A stretch of 64,000 nt of DNA from Candidatus Nanopelagicales bacterium (GTDB lineage: Bacteria > Actinomycetota > Actinomycetes > S36-B12 > UBA10799): the NCBI GenBank assembly GCA_037046735.1, contig JBAOHC010000021.1:110025-174024 (forward strand). The letters run 5' to 3'. Of the stretch, positions 1 through 9,116 are shown piece by piece. The position numbers and the translations under genes are program-made. Below the pieces are notes generated by a model. That model was not told the origin of the DNA and did no database searches. It was given only the letters and a program-made list of their open reading frames with translations. Within the stretch, counting starts at the first letter, position 1. The number at the start of each line of letters is the position of its first letter.

Positions 1-813
1 GGCATAGACCACAAGCAGCGAAGTCACCTGGCTAACCACCCCGATGACGAACACCGACCCGAAGATCGTGCCGAGCACGCGGAAGACCGTCGGCCTGAGG
101 GTCTGGGCCGTGCCGATCGGGGCCATCACCAGGATCACTGCGATGAGGAACGCCCCGCCGATCATCTTCGGGTTGGCGAGCACATAGAACGTCGACACCG
201 TCACGAGCGTGGTGATCATCACCGTGTACGTCGTCGCCTCGCTCTGCGAGTGCGGGGTGAGTGTCGGCGCCGGGCGCTTGCGCATCATGAACATCACGAG
301 AAGTGCTGGGATGAGGCCACCGACGAAGAAGGTCAGTGCCATCCACAGCAGGTACTCGGTGTCCAAACGGTCAACCGTCGCCGCACCGTCCCAAGCCGGA
401 GGGTCGATGAGTGCCCACGCCAACATCACGGGCACCAACAGACCGGACTTCTGCAAGCCCGCCCGGGACAGACGTCCCACAGTCATGCACAGGATCGCCA
501 TCAGCGCCGCACCGGAGACGGGCGACAGACCCGCCACGATCGCCAGTGGGGCGAGGAACCCCATGACGATCGCGACGATCACCGCGTAGCGCCGCGCGCC
601 CGACATCGCCGCGGCCGCGCCCACGATGGCCGGTATCGACGCCCAGGTAGCGGCCCCTTGGGGTTTCCCGGTGCCCACCCAGGTGACGAGCAGCATCACG
701 ATCGCCGGCAACAGCACGAGCACGACGGCGATCGCCACCAGGATCAGGCGGCGCTTGACAGGCATCCGGGCCGCCTGGTTTGTAGCAACCTTGCCGGACT
801 CCCGAGCAGTCAT
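1..813 (-). CDS. FUSC/ArAE-like integral membrane protein, N-terminal 271 codons (ORF runs off left edge)
   Basis: Absent from the ORF track because there is no stop in the window. Manual translation of the minus strand from ATG 813..811 stays open to base 1: MTARESGKVATNQAARMPVKRRLILVAIAVVLVLLPAIVMLL... It is very hydrophobic and GC3-rich. It ends ...RPTVFRVLGTIFGSVFVIGV, paralogous to ...RHRAFQRVYGTIAGALTSAVV of the 5259..6257 protein. Confidence 0.55.
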   Translation of the reverse strand, partial: MTARESGKVATNQAARMPVKRRLILVAIAVVLVLLPAIVMLLVTWVGTGKPQGAATWASIPAIVGAAAAMSGARRYAVIVAIVMGFLAPLAIVAGLSPVSGAALMAILCMTVGRLSRAGLQKSGLLVPVMLAWALIDPPAWDGAATVDRLDTEYLLWMALTFFVGGLIPALLVMFMMRKRPAPTLTPHSQSEATTYTVMITTLVTVSTFYVLANPKMIGGAFLIAVILVMAPIGTAQTLRPTVFRVLGTIFGSVFVIGVVSQVTSLLVVYA

Positions 814-1034
814 GCCAGAAGCCTAGAGCCCGAGCGGATGGGATCGGCGACCCAAGAAACGGCCCCCACACCCGCTTCTTCGGCGTACTCAGCGCCAGCC
901 GCCGATGGCCGGAGAACGGCAACCGCCGGAGGCCAACGGTCATCACCAAATACGGAACCCGCGGCGCCACCAAGTGCCACAGTGCGCTCTCTGTACCGAC
1001 GGGACGGCACAGAGTGCCACTGGCGGCATGCAGT

Positions 1035-1775
1035 TCAGGGTCGGTAGGGCTCGCTGACGTCAGCGAGTCCAATCTGCGTGCGGCCGTCGTCGCCGTAAAC
1101 CGGCACCGGGGCCTGCGATGTTCCACCGGTGGTCAGGCGAGGCCGCCCCTGGTCCGTGAGCAAGCCGTAGTCGATCCAGCCCCAAGCACCGTTAGTGGCC
1201 ACGGCGGGCACAAGGTCCGGAAGGTTACTGTTGCCCGGGACGCCGAGGGACACTGTGGCGCTCACAGCAGCGTTGGCAGGGTCGAGCTTGTCGGTGATGG
1301 CCGCGTAGAGACGCCAGTGGGTCCCGTCAGCGACGTCGATGCGAAGCCCGTCGGCAGGTAGCGGTGCAAGGTGCTGGGGGTTGGCCGGGTCGAACTCATC
1401 CGTCAAAGGGATTGCGTCTCGCTGAACCGCCGGACCGGTGGAGCCTGCAACGCCGCCCCCGGGGGTGTTGCAGCGGGGGCCGTCGAAGCAGACCAACTCG
1501 ACCCGCAGGTACGTGGCGCCCGACGGCAGGTCCGTGAAGGGCACGCTGGCGGGCCCGACGCCGTTGATGATCAGGGGTGCGCGCAGGGGCTTGTCGGCTA
1601 GCTCCCCCGGCGGCCTCGGTCCTGCGGTAGCGGCCACACCTCCAACCGCCAACGAGGCCACTAATGCTGCGCCCATGACCGCCAGCCGCCGGCGCCGACG
1701 AGTCTGGGAGGTGGCCAATGTGACGAGCTCACGGCGCAGCTCGCTGGTGAACATGGGATCCATGGCGGCGTTCAT
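1035..1775 (-). CDS. single-pass membrane protein co-transcribed with ECF sigma factor (putative anti-sigma/sensor partner)
   Basis: Lies within ORF 1035..1856. The internal ATG at 1775 gives an ATGA overlap with the sigma gene stop (tcat at 1772-1775). The sequence MNAAMDPMFTSELRRELVTLATSQTRRRRRLAVMGAALVASLAVGGVAATA reads as a short cytoplasmic N-terminus plus one TM helix, followed by an external domain of about 190 aa. No HxxxCxxC zinc anti-sigma motif was seen. Confidence 0.55.
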   Translation of the reverse strand: MNAAMDPMFTSELRRELVTLATSQTRRRRRLAVMGAALVASLAVGGVAATAGPRPPGELADKPLRAPLIINGVGPASVPFTDLPSGATYLRVELVCFDGPRCNTPGGGVAGSTGPAVQRDAIPLTDEFDPANPQHLAPLPADGLRIDVADGTHWRLYAAITDKLDPANAAVSATVSLGVPGNSNLPDLVPAVATNGAWGWIDYGLLTDQGRPRLTTGGTSQAPVPVYGDDGRTQIGLADVSEPYRP

Positions 1776-2464
1776 CGTGTGCTCCTGAGCGGCTGCGAGG
1801 CGGAGGGGGTCGTGGCAGCTGGGGTCTGTGCCAGCCGCAGTCGGATGCGCTGCCATCTGGACCGGGCAGCAGCGTCGGTCAGACCGAGAGTCTGTGCGGC
1901 TGCACTGATGGGGAAGCCCTCGAGGGCGATAAGCGCCAGCAGTTGCTGATCGGCAGGCCCGAGCCTTCGGACTGCCGAAACGAGTGCCGGATCAAGGTCG
2001 AGGTCCGCCCGGCTGAGGGCGACTGTGTCGGCGGGGGCGCTTTGCTCCTCCTGTCTCGGGAGCCGTGAAATGAAGGCGCGATGGCGCCGCATCGCGCGGC
2101 CGCGGTTGAGGCACAGATTGTTCGCCACAACCAATAACCATGGGAGCACGGATCCGTCCACGACCGGGACGTCCTTTCGCCGGCGCCACAACTCAAGGAA
2201 CGCGGCCGCGACGACGTCCTCGGAGTCGTGGACGTCGCAGGTCAGGCGCAGCACGTGACGGAAGACGCGTTGGTGATGGAGATCAAAGATCAGCCCGAAG
2301 GCGACTCCATCACCGGCGAGGGAGGAGGCCCACGCCTGCTGCTCATCGATTGTGTCCACGCTTGTACATGTCCGCGGGGCCGGAACCTGCATCAACCCCT
2401 CCCGGCAGCTCTCGGGCTCCTGTGGCTTGCCATCCCTCGCCGCCCCGTTCATGGGAGTCAGCAT
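1772..2464 (-). CDS. ECF-type RNA polymerase sigma-70 family factor
   Basis: Region 2 motif: FDLHHQRVFRHVLRLTCDVHDSEDVVAAAFLELWRRR. Region 4 HTH: LGPADQQLLALIALEGFPISAAAQTLGLTDAAARSRWQRIRLRL. The start is uncertain; an alternative ATG lies at 2395. Confidence 0.85.
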   Translation of the reverse strand: MLTPMNGAARDGKPQEPESCREGLMQVPAPRTCTSVDTIDEQQAWASSLAGDGVAFGLIFDLHHQRVFRHVLRLTCDVHDSEDVVAAAFLELWRRRKDVPVVDGSVLPWLLVVANNLCLNRGRAMRRHRAFISRLPRQEEQSAPADTVALSRADLDLDPALVSAVRRLGPADQQLLALIALEGFPISAAAQTLGLTDAAARSRWQRIRLRLAQTPAATTPSASQPLRSTR

Positions 2465-3020
2465 GCCGGGTCACTCATGTCTCGCGTGAGTCGGACCGGA
2501 ACCTCCCGTCATTCCACCCGACGAGCGGGAGTAGACCCCAAACTGTCAGGTCGACCGATCCTGCTGTCAGGTATCCGATGCAAACGGACACACGAGGACA
2601 AACGGCAGGACATGCGGTCTTCAGTCGACTAACGGCGTCCCAAGCGCGCCTGTCCGTGCCCCTGTGTCTCGCTGTTTGTCTCATGGGTTCGCCTGCCTCT
2701 GAGTGAGTGGCAGGCACGGTTGTCGACGAGGCTGAAACCCCGAGTAGCGGCACCTGTCTCCTCGACCGACGTCGATTTCTACAGCCCGACAGAGTCGGCG
2801 CCGTATAGCGTCCGTTGTGAACAAGGGCGGGTCCGAGAACTGGATATGAGCGTTGGGCACGTTTCAGAGCCTGCGACCGCGGTGCCGGGGCTCACGAACA
2901 CGCCGAGTGCTCATCCATGGCCCAGGCAAGCGGCGCCCACTAGTCCTGCGGCACCGGTGCTGGCCAAACCGCGCACGTTCGCCATCACCTCACGTGAGTG
3001 GCTTGTTCACCGGTCGTCGA

Positions 3021-3156
3021 CCACATCTGGTTGACGCCCCACCAAGATCAACCAGATGTGGACAGACACGCCGCAGTTTCTGTCCGAAATGTCCTTTCCC
3101 ACGGCGCGTCGCTGGTTGGGAACGATCGTGAGCGTCGATCTCCCAACCAGATGTGG
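3021..3156. repeat. copy A of a 135-136 bp palindromic MITE-like intergenic element (inverted relative to copy B)
   Basis: Terminal 13-mers are ccacatctggttg (3021-3033) and caaccagatgtgg (3144-3156). An inner copy, caaccagatgtgg (3049-3061), gives a perfect 14-bp hairpin at the left end. The central inverted repeat is gacacgccg/cggcgcgtc (3065-3073 / 3102-3110). The reverse complement aligns along its whole length with 20487-20621. Confidence 0.8.
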
Positions 3157-3341
3157 ACACGAAACCGGGATCACCCCAAACTGGCGCGGAAGCACCGGAT
3201 GTGTTGTGGTCTCACACCCGAGCAAGACCCGCACGGGAGCCCCCTCCCTGCATGTCACACTCGCCCGTCTCCGAACGCACCCAGAGCAGCACACGCCTTG
3301 TGCCATACTCCAGTGCCGGACGCGTCAACCCAGGAGCAGCC

Positions 3342-5024
3342 ATGAGCGACACCACCAGCTCGGATCCGCTCGAGGCCCTTGGCCCCGACACCCTGCGGAG
3401 CGTTGCTGATTCGCTGTGGCAGTCCGAACTCGACCTGTCATCGCTACCGGACGGGATCCGCATTGCGCTCACCAGCGAGAAGAACAGCCCTGAGGCCTAC
3501 GGCGAGCGCATGCAGGCGTTCCTGCGCTACCTCAGCGAGCATCCCGTGGAGCACGCGCCGAGCTACGAGAAGACCTACGAACACTTGCTGCCCTTCTGCA
3601 CCCGGCTGTCCCCCCAGCAGGCCTATGCGATCTCGGTGAACCTCCTCGGACCACCGGCGTCCATCGGGTACGACATGGTGCCGACGAAGGCGAACTTCGA
3701 GTTCCCCCGTGACTTCGGGCCGAAGCCCCGAAGCGCCGTCGGATGGCACTTCTTCGTCGGGAGTTGCTGGGACGAGGACGGTGCGGAGTACGGCGTGGAG
3801 CTGATGTTCTTCCAGGCCGGGGTCTTCCCGCCACCCGTGGCCGCGGGCTTCGGGCTGACGGAGGACGAGAACCAGGTCGTCGAAGTCCAGTTGGCCGTCA
3901 GCAAAGCCGGCGAGGGTCACTGGCAGGCGGACCCCGTCTGCCTCGGGGGAACCAGTGGTCTGGTCTCGCACACAACGAACCCGTTCAGTTACACGGTCGG
4001 TCGCAACACGATGGCCTGCCACGACGCTGAGCAGTTCTTCCCGATCACGGTCAAGGCCTGGGGAGTGGATAGGGGCGAAACCCCATCCCGCGAGCTCGCG
4101 GTCGACATCACGTTCACCTCGGGAAAGCAGTACCTGTTCCAGGGAGCCGACGGCTGCATGCCCGCGGTCGACGGCGTGGGGTCGTTGTACTACTCGATTC
4201 CCAACATCAGTCTCGACCCGTCCTGCAGCACACTCACCCTCGATGGACGCACCATTCGGCTGGTGCGGGGCCAGTTCTGGTTCGACCGCCAGTGGGGCTA
4301 CATCTCCGGTGTCTCGCGCTCCAAAGTCATGCGCGCCGCCTCGTTCAGCAAGGACCCCAACCCCGCAGGCTGGGACTGGTTCATGGCCCAGTTCCTCGGT
4401 GACCGCCAGATCACCGTGTTCGCCCCGCACGCCAGCGAGCGCTCGCAGTACTACGAGCAGACGGGGCCGGAGCCGCCCGGGACGATGATCGTGCGCGTGG
4501 GCGGCACCTACATGGACGCCGACCGCGGTCAGGCCCTCACCTGGGGAACACTGCGGATCACCGACTGGATCAAGGCCGTCAACTCTCCCAACCCGCAGCG
4601 CTACGCGGTCACCAACACCTGGTACCCCAACCGGTGGGAGTTCGAGTTCGACGACGTCGTGCCCGAAGACATCAGACGCGTGACGATGACCCCGATCGTC
4701 CAGGTCGCGCAGGTGGGCTTCTTCGCCAACGGCGCCCAGTACGCCGAGGGCGCGGTGATCCTGACCGACCCCGATGGCAACGACATCGGGCGCGGCTTTG
4801 CGGAGTCGGTTGCCTATGCCGACACCCGCGACACCGTGCACCGGATTGCTGGGCTCCCGGACAGCCAGGCCCACATCGATTCGCTGTCCCATCGAACGAT
4901 CCCCAAGTCGCTGGCGGTGCTCAACACCGCCTACGTGCTCGCGCATCAGGCCGAACTCGCTGAGGTAGTCAGCCAATCGGTCGGGCTCGAGTTCTTCACC
5001 CAGCCGCAACCGAAACCTGAGTAG
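3342..5024 (+). CDS. AttH/CrtC-like lipocalin-fold protein (divergent, with about 125 aa N-terminal extension)
   Basis: Lies within ORF 3153..5024. The ATG at 3342 is preceded by AGGAG (3332-3336). The core FEFPRDFGPKPRSAVGWHFFVGSCWDEDGAEYGVELMFFQ resembles the AttH/hydroxyneurosporene-synthase-like signature (P.DHG.HP..EWWY.tG...G..fq.tfF). A later block reads LVRGQFWFDRQWGY. Confidence 0.65.
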   Translation: MSDTTSSDPLEALGPDTLRSVADSLWQSELDLSSLPDGIRIALTSEKNSPEAYGERMQAFLRYLSEHPVEHAPSYEKTYEHLLPFCTRLSPQQAYAISVNLLGPPASIGYDMVPTKANFEFPRDFGPKPRSAVGWHFFVGSCWDEDGAEYGVELMFFQAGVFPPPVAAGFGLTEDENQVVEVQLAVSKAGEGHWQADPVCLGGTSGLVSHTTNPFSYTVGRNTMACHDAEQFFPITVKAWGVDRGETPSRELAVDITFTSGKQYLFQGADGCMPAVDGVGSLYYSIPNISLDPSCSTLTLDGRTIRLVRGQFWFDRQWGYISGVSRSKVMRAASFSKDPNPAGWDWFMAQFLGDRQITVFAPHASERSQYYEQTGPEPPGTMIVRVGGTYMDADRGQALTWGTLRITDWIKAVNSPNPQRYAVTNTWYPNRWEFEFDDVVPEDIRRVTMTPIVQVAQVGFFANGAQYAEGAVILTDPDGNDIGRGFAESVAYADTRDTVHRIAGLPDSQAHIDSLSHRTIPKSLAVLNTAYVLAHQAELAEVVSQSVGLEFFTQPQPKPE

Positions 5025-5258
5025 TCCTCGACGCCTACTCGTCTGCCATGTGGCGATGGCTGGGTCGGACCCCAGGCGGGCTGCCACGGTCGCCGCTCAG
5101 TGTCGCCTGATAGTAGCCGGGCGGGGTGTCGCGGCGGTGGTGCACGGCAACCATGTGCGCACCAAGGCCTACCGTCGCCGCATCTGTGGCTGCGAACCGC
5201 ACTTCGCCCGCTCGCTTGCGCCATTCTGGGTGCTGCCAACCAGTCCACGGAGCCGACC

Positions 5259-6257
5259 ATGACCCAAAATTCGACCGGGGGTGCTCGCGCCCGCCAATTC
5301 GGAAGAATCGCGGTGGTAGCCACGGTGGGTTTGTGGCCACCGTTGATCGTCGGCCGACTCATCCTGGGGCCACCCGCGATCACGATGCTGCTCTTCGGCA
5401 CTCTGGTCGGCTTCTTGAACACCGCCGCCGCTGGGAGACGGCTGGGAACGGCCGCCACCATCGCCTTCGTCCTCGTCGCTCCCGTGGCCCTCGTGGCAGG
5501 GCAGGACCCGGTTGCCGGCACCTGCCTGATGGCGCTCGGGTGCCTGGCCGTCGGTACCAGCGCCTACTGGCAGCGGTTCAGCGCGTTCAATGTCGGACTG
5601 GCCGGGACTCTGTTCATCGTGGCCTCCCCCGCCGCCACGACCGACCTCCTGGATGGCGGCCCTGCGCAGTCGGAATACCTGCTGGCGGTCCTGTTTGGCA
5701 CCCTGCTCTGCGGGCTGTGGCCGGTGGCGATACTCCCGCTGCTGCACTTCGTAAAGGACATCCCTGCGCAGGCACACCATGAGAAGGCCGAGACGCTTCG
5801 CTACCTCGTGACGATGACGGTCCTCGTGTCTGCGACGACTTTCTACGCGCTGGCCTTCGCGAGGGACTCGAATGGCCTGTGGCTGCCGCTGACCCTGCTC
5901 ATGGTGTTGCAGATCGCGCCGGACACGACGCGGCACCGGGCTTTCCAGCGGGTCTACGGCACCATCGCCGGAGCGCTCACATCAGCCGTAGTGGCGACCG
6001 TGTTCCACGGCACTTGGGTGATCGCTCTGGTCGCCGTCATCGCCTTCCTGGGCGTACTCGCCACCGTGGGCCATCAGCCGTACAGCTACTACGCGTTCTT
6101 CCTGACCGTCCTGGTCCTTTTGGGTGTCTCGGCCACCGAACCGCCATTGGAGGCGAGCATGCAACGCATCATCTACACGGTGATCGGCTGCGCTCTCGCC
6201 TTGACCGCCTACCTGATTGAGCGACCGTTCATCGCCGATCACACGCCGCCGGAATAG
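5259..6257 (+). CDS. FUSC family membrane protein (aromatic-acid-exporter-like)
   Basis: Lies within ORF 5100..6257, with an internal ATG at 5259 (MTQNSTGGARARQFGRIAVVATVGLW...). It has multiple TM helices and the motif DTTRHRAFQRVYGTIAGAL. It is a paralogue of the partial gene at 1..813. Confidence 0.7.
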   Translation: MTQNSTGGARARQFGRIAVVATVGLWPPLIVGRLILGPPAITMLLFGTLVGFLNTAAAGRRLGTAATIAFVLVAPVALVAGQDPVAGTCLMALGCLAVGTSAYWQRFSAFNVGLAGTLFIVASPAATTDLLDGGPAQSEYLLAVLFGTLLCGLWPVAILPLLHFVKDIPAQAHHEKAETLRYLVTMTVLVSATTFYALAFARDSNGLWLPLTLLMVLQIAPDTTRHRAFQRVYGTIAGALTSAVVATVFHGTWVIALVAVIAFLGVLATVGHQPYSYYAFFLTVLVLLGVSATEPPLEASMQRIIYTVIGCALALTAYLIERPFIADHTPPE

Positions 6258-6713
6258 TCTGTCTCCCTCGACAGCTCTACTCCCCGGGGATGGGCAGCCG
6301 ACCTCACCGGTTCTGGCAGAACGGCCGGACCCGGGAACCGGTGGCCGACATGGGAGCAACAGTCGAAATCCGGTCGGGCTCGACATCATCCACGAGATGG
6401 CTTACGACCAGCCAGGACCGGCGCAAGGCCTCATGCAACGTCATCTGAGCACTCACTTTCAAACCACCCCTCATTTCGTCCCTCTACCAGAGTATCGGCA
6501 TCGGAAATCGTCGCCTGAAGAGGTCCTTCCCACTGATTCCGTCGCGCCTTCGACGTCAGCCATCTCCTGCCATGGCTGAGATGAGCCTGCTGCCTCGTCG
6601 ACGGACAGCCGTGCATTCCTCGCCCCGTTGTGGGCGAGCGCCGACGCGCCCGTCAGTCCGGGCACTTCCCCCGGTCGCTTCGTGCGTCTGTGAAACGGTG
6701 GTACTGTGAAACT

Positions 6714-6953
6714 GTGAAGAATCTGACCGTGGCCGTTCCCGATGAGGTGTACCGCTTGGCGCGTGTCCGGGCGGCTGAGTCAGGGACCTCAGTAAGCGCC
6801 CTGGTCACCGCCTACTTGAAATCCCTCGCAAGCGGTTCGGCCGAGTTCGATCGCAAAGCTCAACTCCAACGAGATGTCCTCGCGGACGTCACCGAGTTTC
6901 GCGCCGGTGATCGGCTGAGTCGAGAGGAGGTCCACGACCGTGCCGTTCGTTGA
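6714..6953 (+). CDS. ribbon-helix-helix type II antitoxin (VapB-like)
   Basis: GTG at 6714 within ORF 6630..6953: VKNLTVAVPDEVYRLARVRAAESGTSVSALVTAYLKSL, a typical RHH/CopG N-terminus. It overlaps the downstream PIN toxin start by 14 nt. Confidence 0.7.
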   Translation: MKNLTVAVPDEVYRLARVRAAESGTSVSALVTAYLKSLASGSAEFDRKAQLQRDVLADVTEFRAGDRLSREEVHDRAVR

Positions 6954-7347
6954 CACGAACGTTGTGTTGTACGCGGTCTCTACCCATCCATCCGAGGTGT
7001 CGAAGGCGCAGATCGCTCGCACACTCCTCGAGTCTGCGGACATCTGTTTATCCACTCAGGTGCTGCAAGAGTTCTACGTACAAGCCACCCGCCAATCTCG
7101 GCCCGATGCCCTCTCGCGTGATCAGGCCGCGGCGCTCGTCGAGGCCCTCACCAGGTTCTCCGTCCAAGACGTGACTGTCTCGATCGTGCGCGCAGCCATT
7201 CACACGATGAGCCGGTTCAACCTGTCGTACTGGGATGCCGCCATCATCGAGGCAGCCCGTGAGCTGGGCTGCGCGCAATTGCTCTCCGAGGACCTCTCGC
7301 ACGGACAGGACTACAACGGGGTCACGGTCGTGAATCCGTTCCTGTAG
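6940..7347 (+). CDS. vapC: PIN-domain ribonuclease toxin VapC
   Basis: VPFVDTNVVLYA... supplies the first acidic PIN residue. ...QVLQEFY... and ...SYWDAAIIEAARELGCAQLLSEDL match the conserved D/E/D pattern of the VapC family. About 135 aa. Confidence 0.85.
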   Translation: MPFVDTNVVLYAVSTHPSEVSKAQIARTLLESADICLSTQVLQEFYVQATRQSRPDALSRDQAAALVEALTRFSVQDVTVSIVRAAIHTMSRFNLSYWDAAIIEAARELGCAQLLSEDLSHGQDYNGVTVVNPFL

Positions 7348-7390
7348 GCGCAGCACCAACTCGAGTTCCAGCCTCGGCGTCAGCAGTCCA

Positions 7391-7912
7391 TTGGGATATC
7401 GACGCGGATTTACAATGCGTCAGTGCCGACTGCGAAGCCGAGCGTGCGGCATCTGGTGCGCGCGCGACCTCGCCGATCTTCGGTACACCGAGCCACTGAC
7501 CGTCGAGGATCTCGCGAAGGTCGAGCACATGTCTCGGGCCCACTTCTCCCGCGAGTACAAGAAGGCGTTCGGTGAGTCGCCGTACTCGTATCTGCTCACG
7601 CGCCGCCTGGAACGCGCGGCGACACTGCTGCGCAGCACCGACTGGTCGGTCGCAGACATTTGCATAACTCCTACCGGGTGGCTCAAGGCACAGCGATCGC
7701 CTGAGCCTTTGGACCGCGCGGCGAAGGTCTCGACATCGGCCGATGTGGTAGGCGCCCACGTGGCAGCATCAGTCGACCTTCGCCAGAAGAGCCCTAGTTC
7801 GCTCGTGGTCCGGGGCATCCGACACGGGCGATCCAGGAACACCAGCGCGTCGGCGGACGTGAATCATGGCAATCGTGATCTCCACAGCGCCGTCACGTGC
7901 GGTCCAGATTGA
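7391..7912 (+). pseudogene. AraC-family HTH regulator remnant (second HTH and effector domain lost)
   Basis: The first HTH is intact: LTVEDLAKVEHMSRAHFSREYKKAFGESPYSYLLTRRLERAATLLRSTDWSVADIC. The expected second HTH (..GF.S.S.F.R.F..) is missing, and the remaining 80 codons or so are not protein-like. No intact effector domain was found in any frame up to 7976. Confidence 0.4.
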
Positions 7913-7976
7913 ACCGATGTACGTCAAGCCGATTCCTGGAGCCACGCCGCGCAATGCCTCGCGGCCGATCCGCGGG

Positions 7977-9116
7977 TCAGAGCCAACGAGGTCGGCGCGC
8001 CTGCCGTACCCGCCTTCGGTCAGAACTCTGAAGCGGCAACCCCCCAGTCGTCGCATCGCTACCTGGGCCCTGCAAACCTTCCACGGCCCGACCCACGCTT
8101 CCCCAGGTCACCAACGCCAGCGCCAACTCCTCCTCCTCCATCTCGTTCACTGCGGCCAGCCCGCGATCCTCCAACTCGTCGCGCAGCCGCAATCGTGTCC
8201 GCCATTTGGGTGGTGTCGGCGGGTACGCCAGGTGCGCTAATCCCGGCCCGGTGAGCATCGCCACCGGTGGGGCAACTCCGGAGTCTGACCACTTCACCAG
8301 CTCGATCCCGGCCAGGACAGAACTGATCGCCCAGTGCGCGGCGAAAGCCTCGACGTCGGCGAGGTCGTAGGGGCTGGCGATGAGGCGCAGCGCGAGCGAG
8401 TCGTTGATCCCGGTGCGTAGCCACTGGGCGCGTAGCGTCGGGTCGGCGCGGTCGGACGTGCCGTAGGTCCAGGCCAGATAGGTGATGGAGTGAGGCTCCA
8501 GCGGCACCGAACGCATCGTGTCACGGATCCACTCCAGGCTCGGATTGCGGGCCATCACGCCGAGGTAGAACTTCGCCGGCAGCGGGTCGTCGGCGTCGAC
8601 CTCCAGGCTGATCCGGTCAACCTCGTCGGGGTGCATCCCGCAGTCCCACATAGTGCTCCACGGCTCGCCGGGCATCTCCGGGACCGGCTGCGGGGCGATC
8701 CCGCGGCACAGCGCCGACACCTGCCACGCGTTGGCGCCATGGGTCAGCGCCACGTGTTTGGGGTCCCGGGCGTGGGCCGCCGCGTCCTGCGGGGTTTGGT
8801 ACCCGCGCCGGGGACAACACTTAGCCTTCTTCACGGCGTGCCACGACGCCCGGGAGTGATTGGCTCTGATCGGACGACCCGCGAGGCGCTGCTCGAGGGT
8901 GTACCACTCGAGCACCGCCGGGGCGGCATCCGCCAACTCCAGACAGGACAGGTAGCCGCCCAGTGCGGCCAGAATCCGTTCCTGTTCCAGATCATGGCCG
9001 GTGTCGATGCGGCCGTCCGGGTATAGCGTGACCGGGTGCCGCTTCGAGCCCTTGGTGCTATTGCGGCTGGTCCGGCACGCCACGTTGACCGTCACTGGTC
9101 CGGGTAGGTCAGGCAT
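7977..9116 (-). CDS. orphan protein, third gene of the MoxR/VWA operon (Cys/His-rich N-terminal third)
   Basis: Lies within ORF 7977..9188. The ATG at 9116 overlaps the stop of the upstream VWA gene (ATGCCTGA, 9109-9116). GC3 is high throughout. There are 12 Cys/His in the first 140 aa (C14 H27 H41 C58 H87 H93 C100 C101 H115 H121 H126 C137). I recognised no family. The last 40 codons or so may be unreliable because another frame is also open at 7769..8056. Confidence 0.6.
   Translation of the reverse strand: MPDLPGPVTVNVACRTSRNSTKGSKRHPVTLYPDGRIDTGHDLEQERILAALGGYLSCLELADAAPAVLEWYTLEQRLAGRPIRANHSRASWHAVKKAKCCPRRGYQTPQDAAAHARDPKHVALTHGANAWQVSALCRGIAPQPVPEMPGEPWSTMWDCGMHPDEVDRISLEVDADDPLPAKFYLGVMARNPSLEWIRDTMRSVPLEPHSITYLAWTYGTSDRADPTLRAQWLRTGINDSLALRLIASPYDLADVEAFAAHWAISSVLAGIELVKWSDSGVAPPVAMLTGPGLAHLAYPPTPPKWRTRLRLRDELEDRGLAAVNEMEEEELALALVTWGSVGRAVEGLQGPGSDATTGGLPLQSSDRRRVRQARRPRWL

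Noticed and set aside
209-1126. Track ORFs 209..589, 250..1047 (plus strand) and 371..1126 (minus strand) at the left edge
   Set aside because: They are not protein-like. The hydrophobic, GC3-biased frame is the minus-strand one starting at ATG 813 and running off the window, which the track omits because it has no stop.
2498-2523. ECF-type promoter-like motif GGAAC-N16-CGAC pointing rightwards towards the AttH-like gene
   Set aside because: Only the -35 half fits the ECF consensus and the -10 (CGAC rather than CGTC) does not. It may also lie inside the sigma gene if that gene uses the 2464 start. It is too weak to call.
3444-5087. 547-aa minus-strand ORF antisense to the AttH-like gene. Similar long antisense or out-of-frame ORFs occur at 9001..10518, 13853..15118, 18919..19923, 21091..22452, 29910..31556, 41631..42845, 44843..46348, 48945..50627, 52853..54037 and 61082..62017.
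   Set aside because: Their translations are Arg/Pro/Gly/His-rich and low in complexity with no motifs, as expected for stop-poor non-coding frames in GC-rich DNA. In every case the opposite or alternative frame encodes a protein with clear family motifs.
7769-8056. 95-aa minus ORF with a VOC/glyoxalase-like fragment (GYGRRADLVGSDP)
   Set aside because: The motif is short, sits in the wrong position for a complete VOC fold, and overlaps the tail of the orphan gene and the decayed AraC region. I treat it as part of the decayed DNA rather than a gene.
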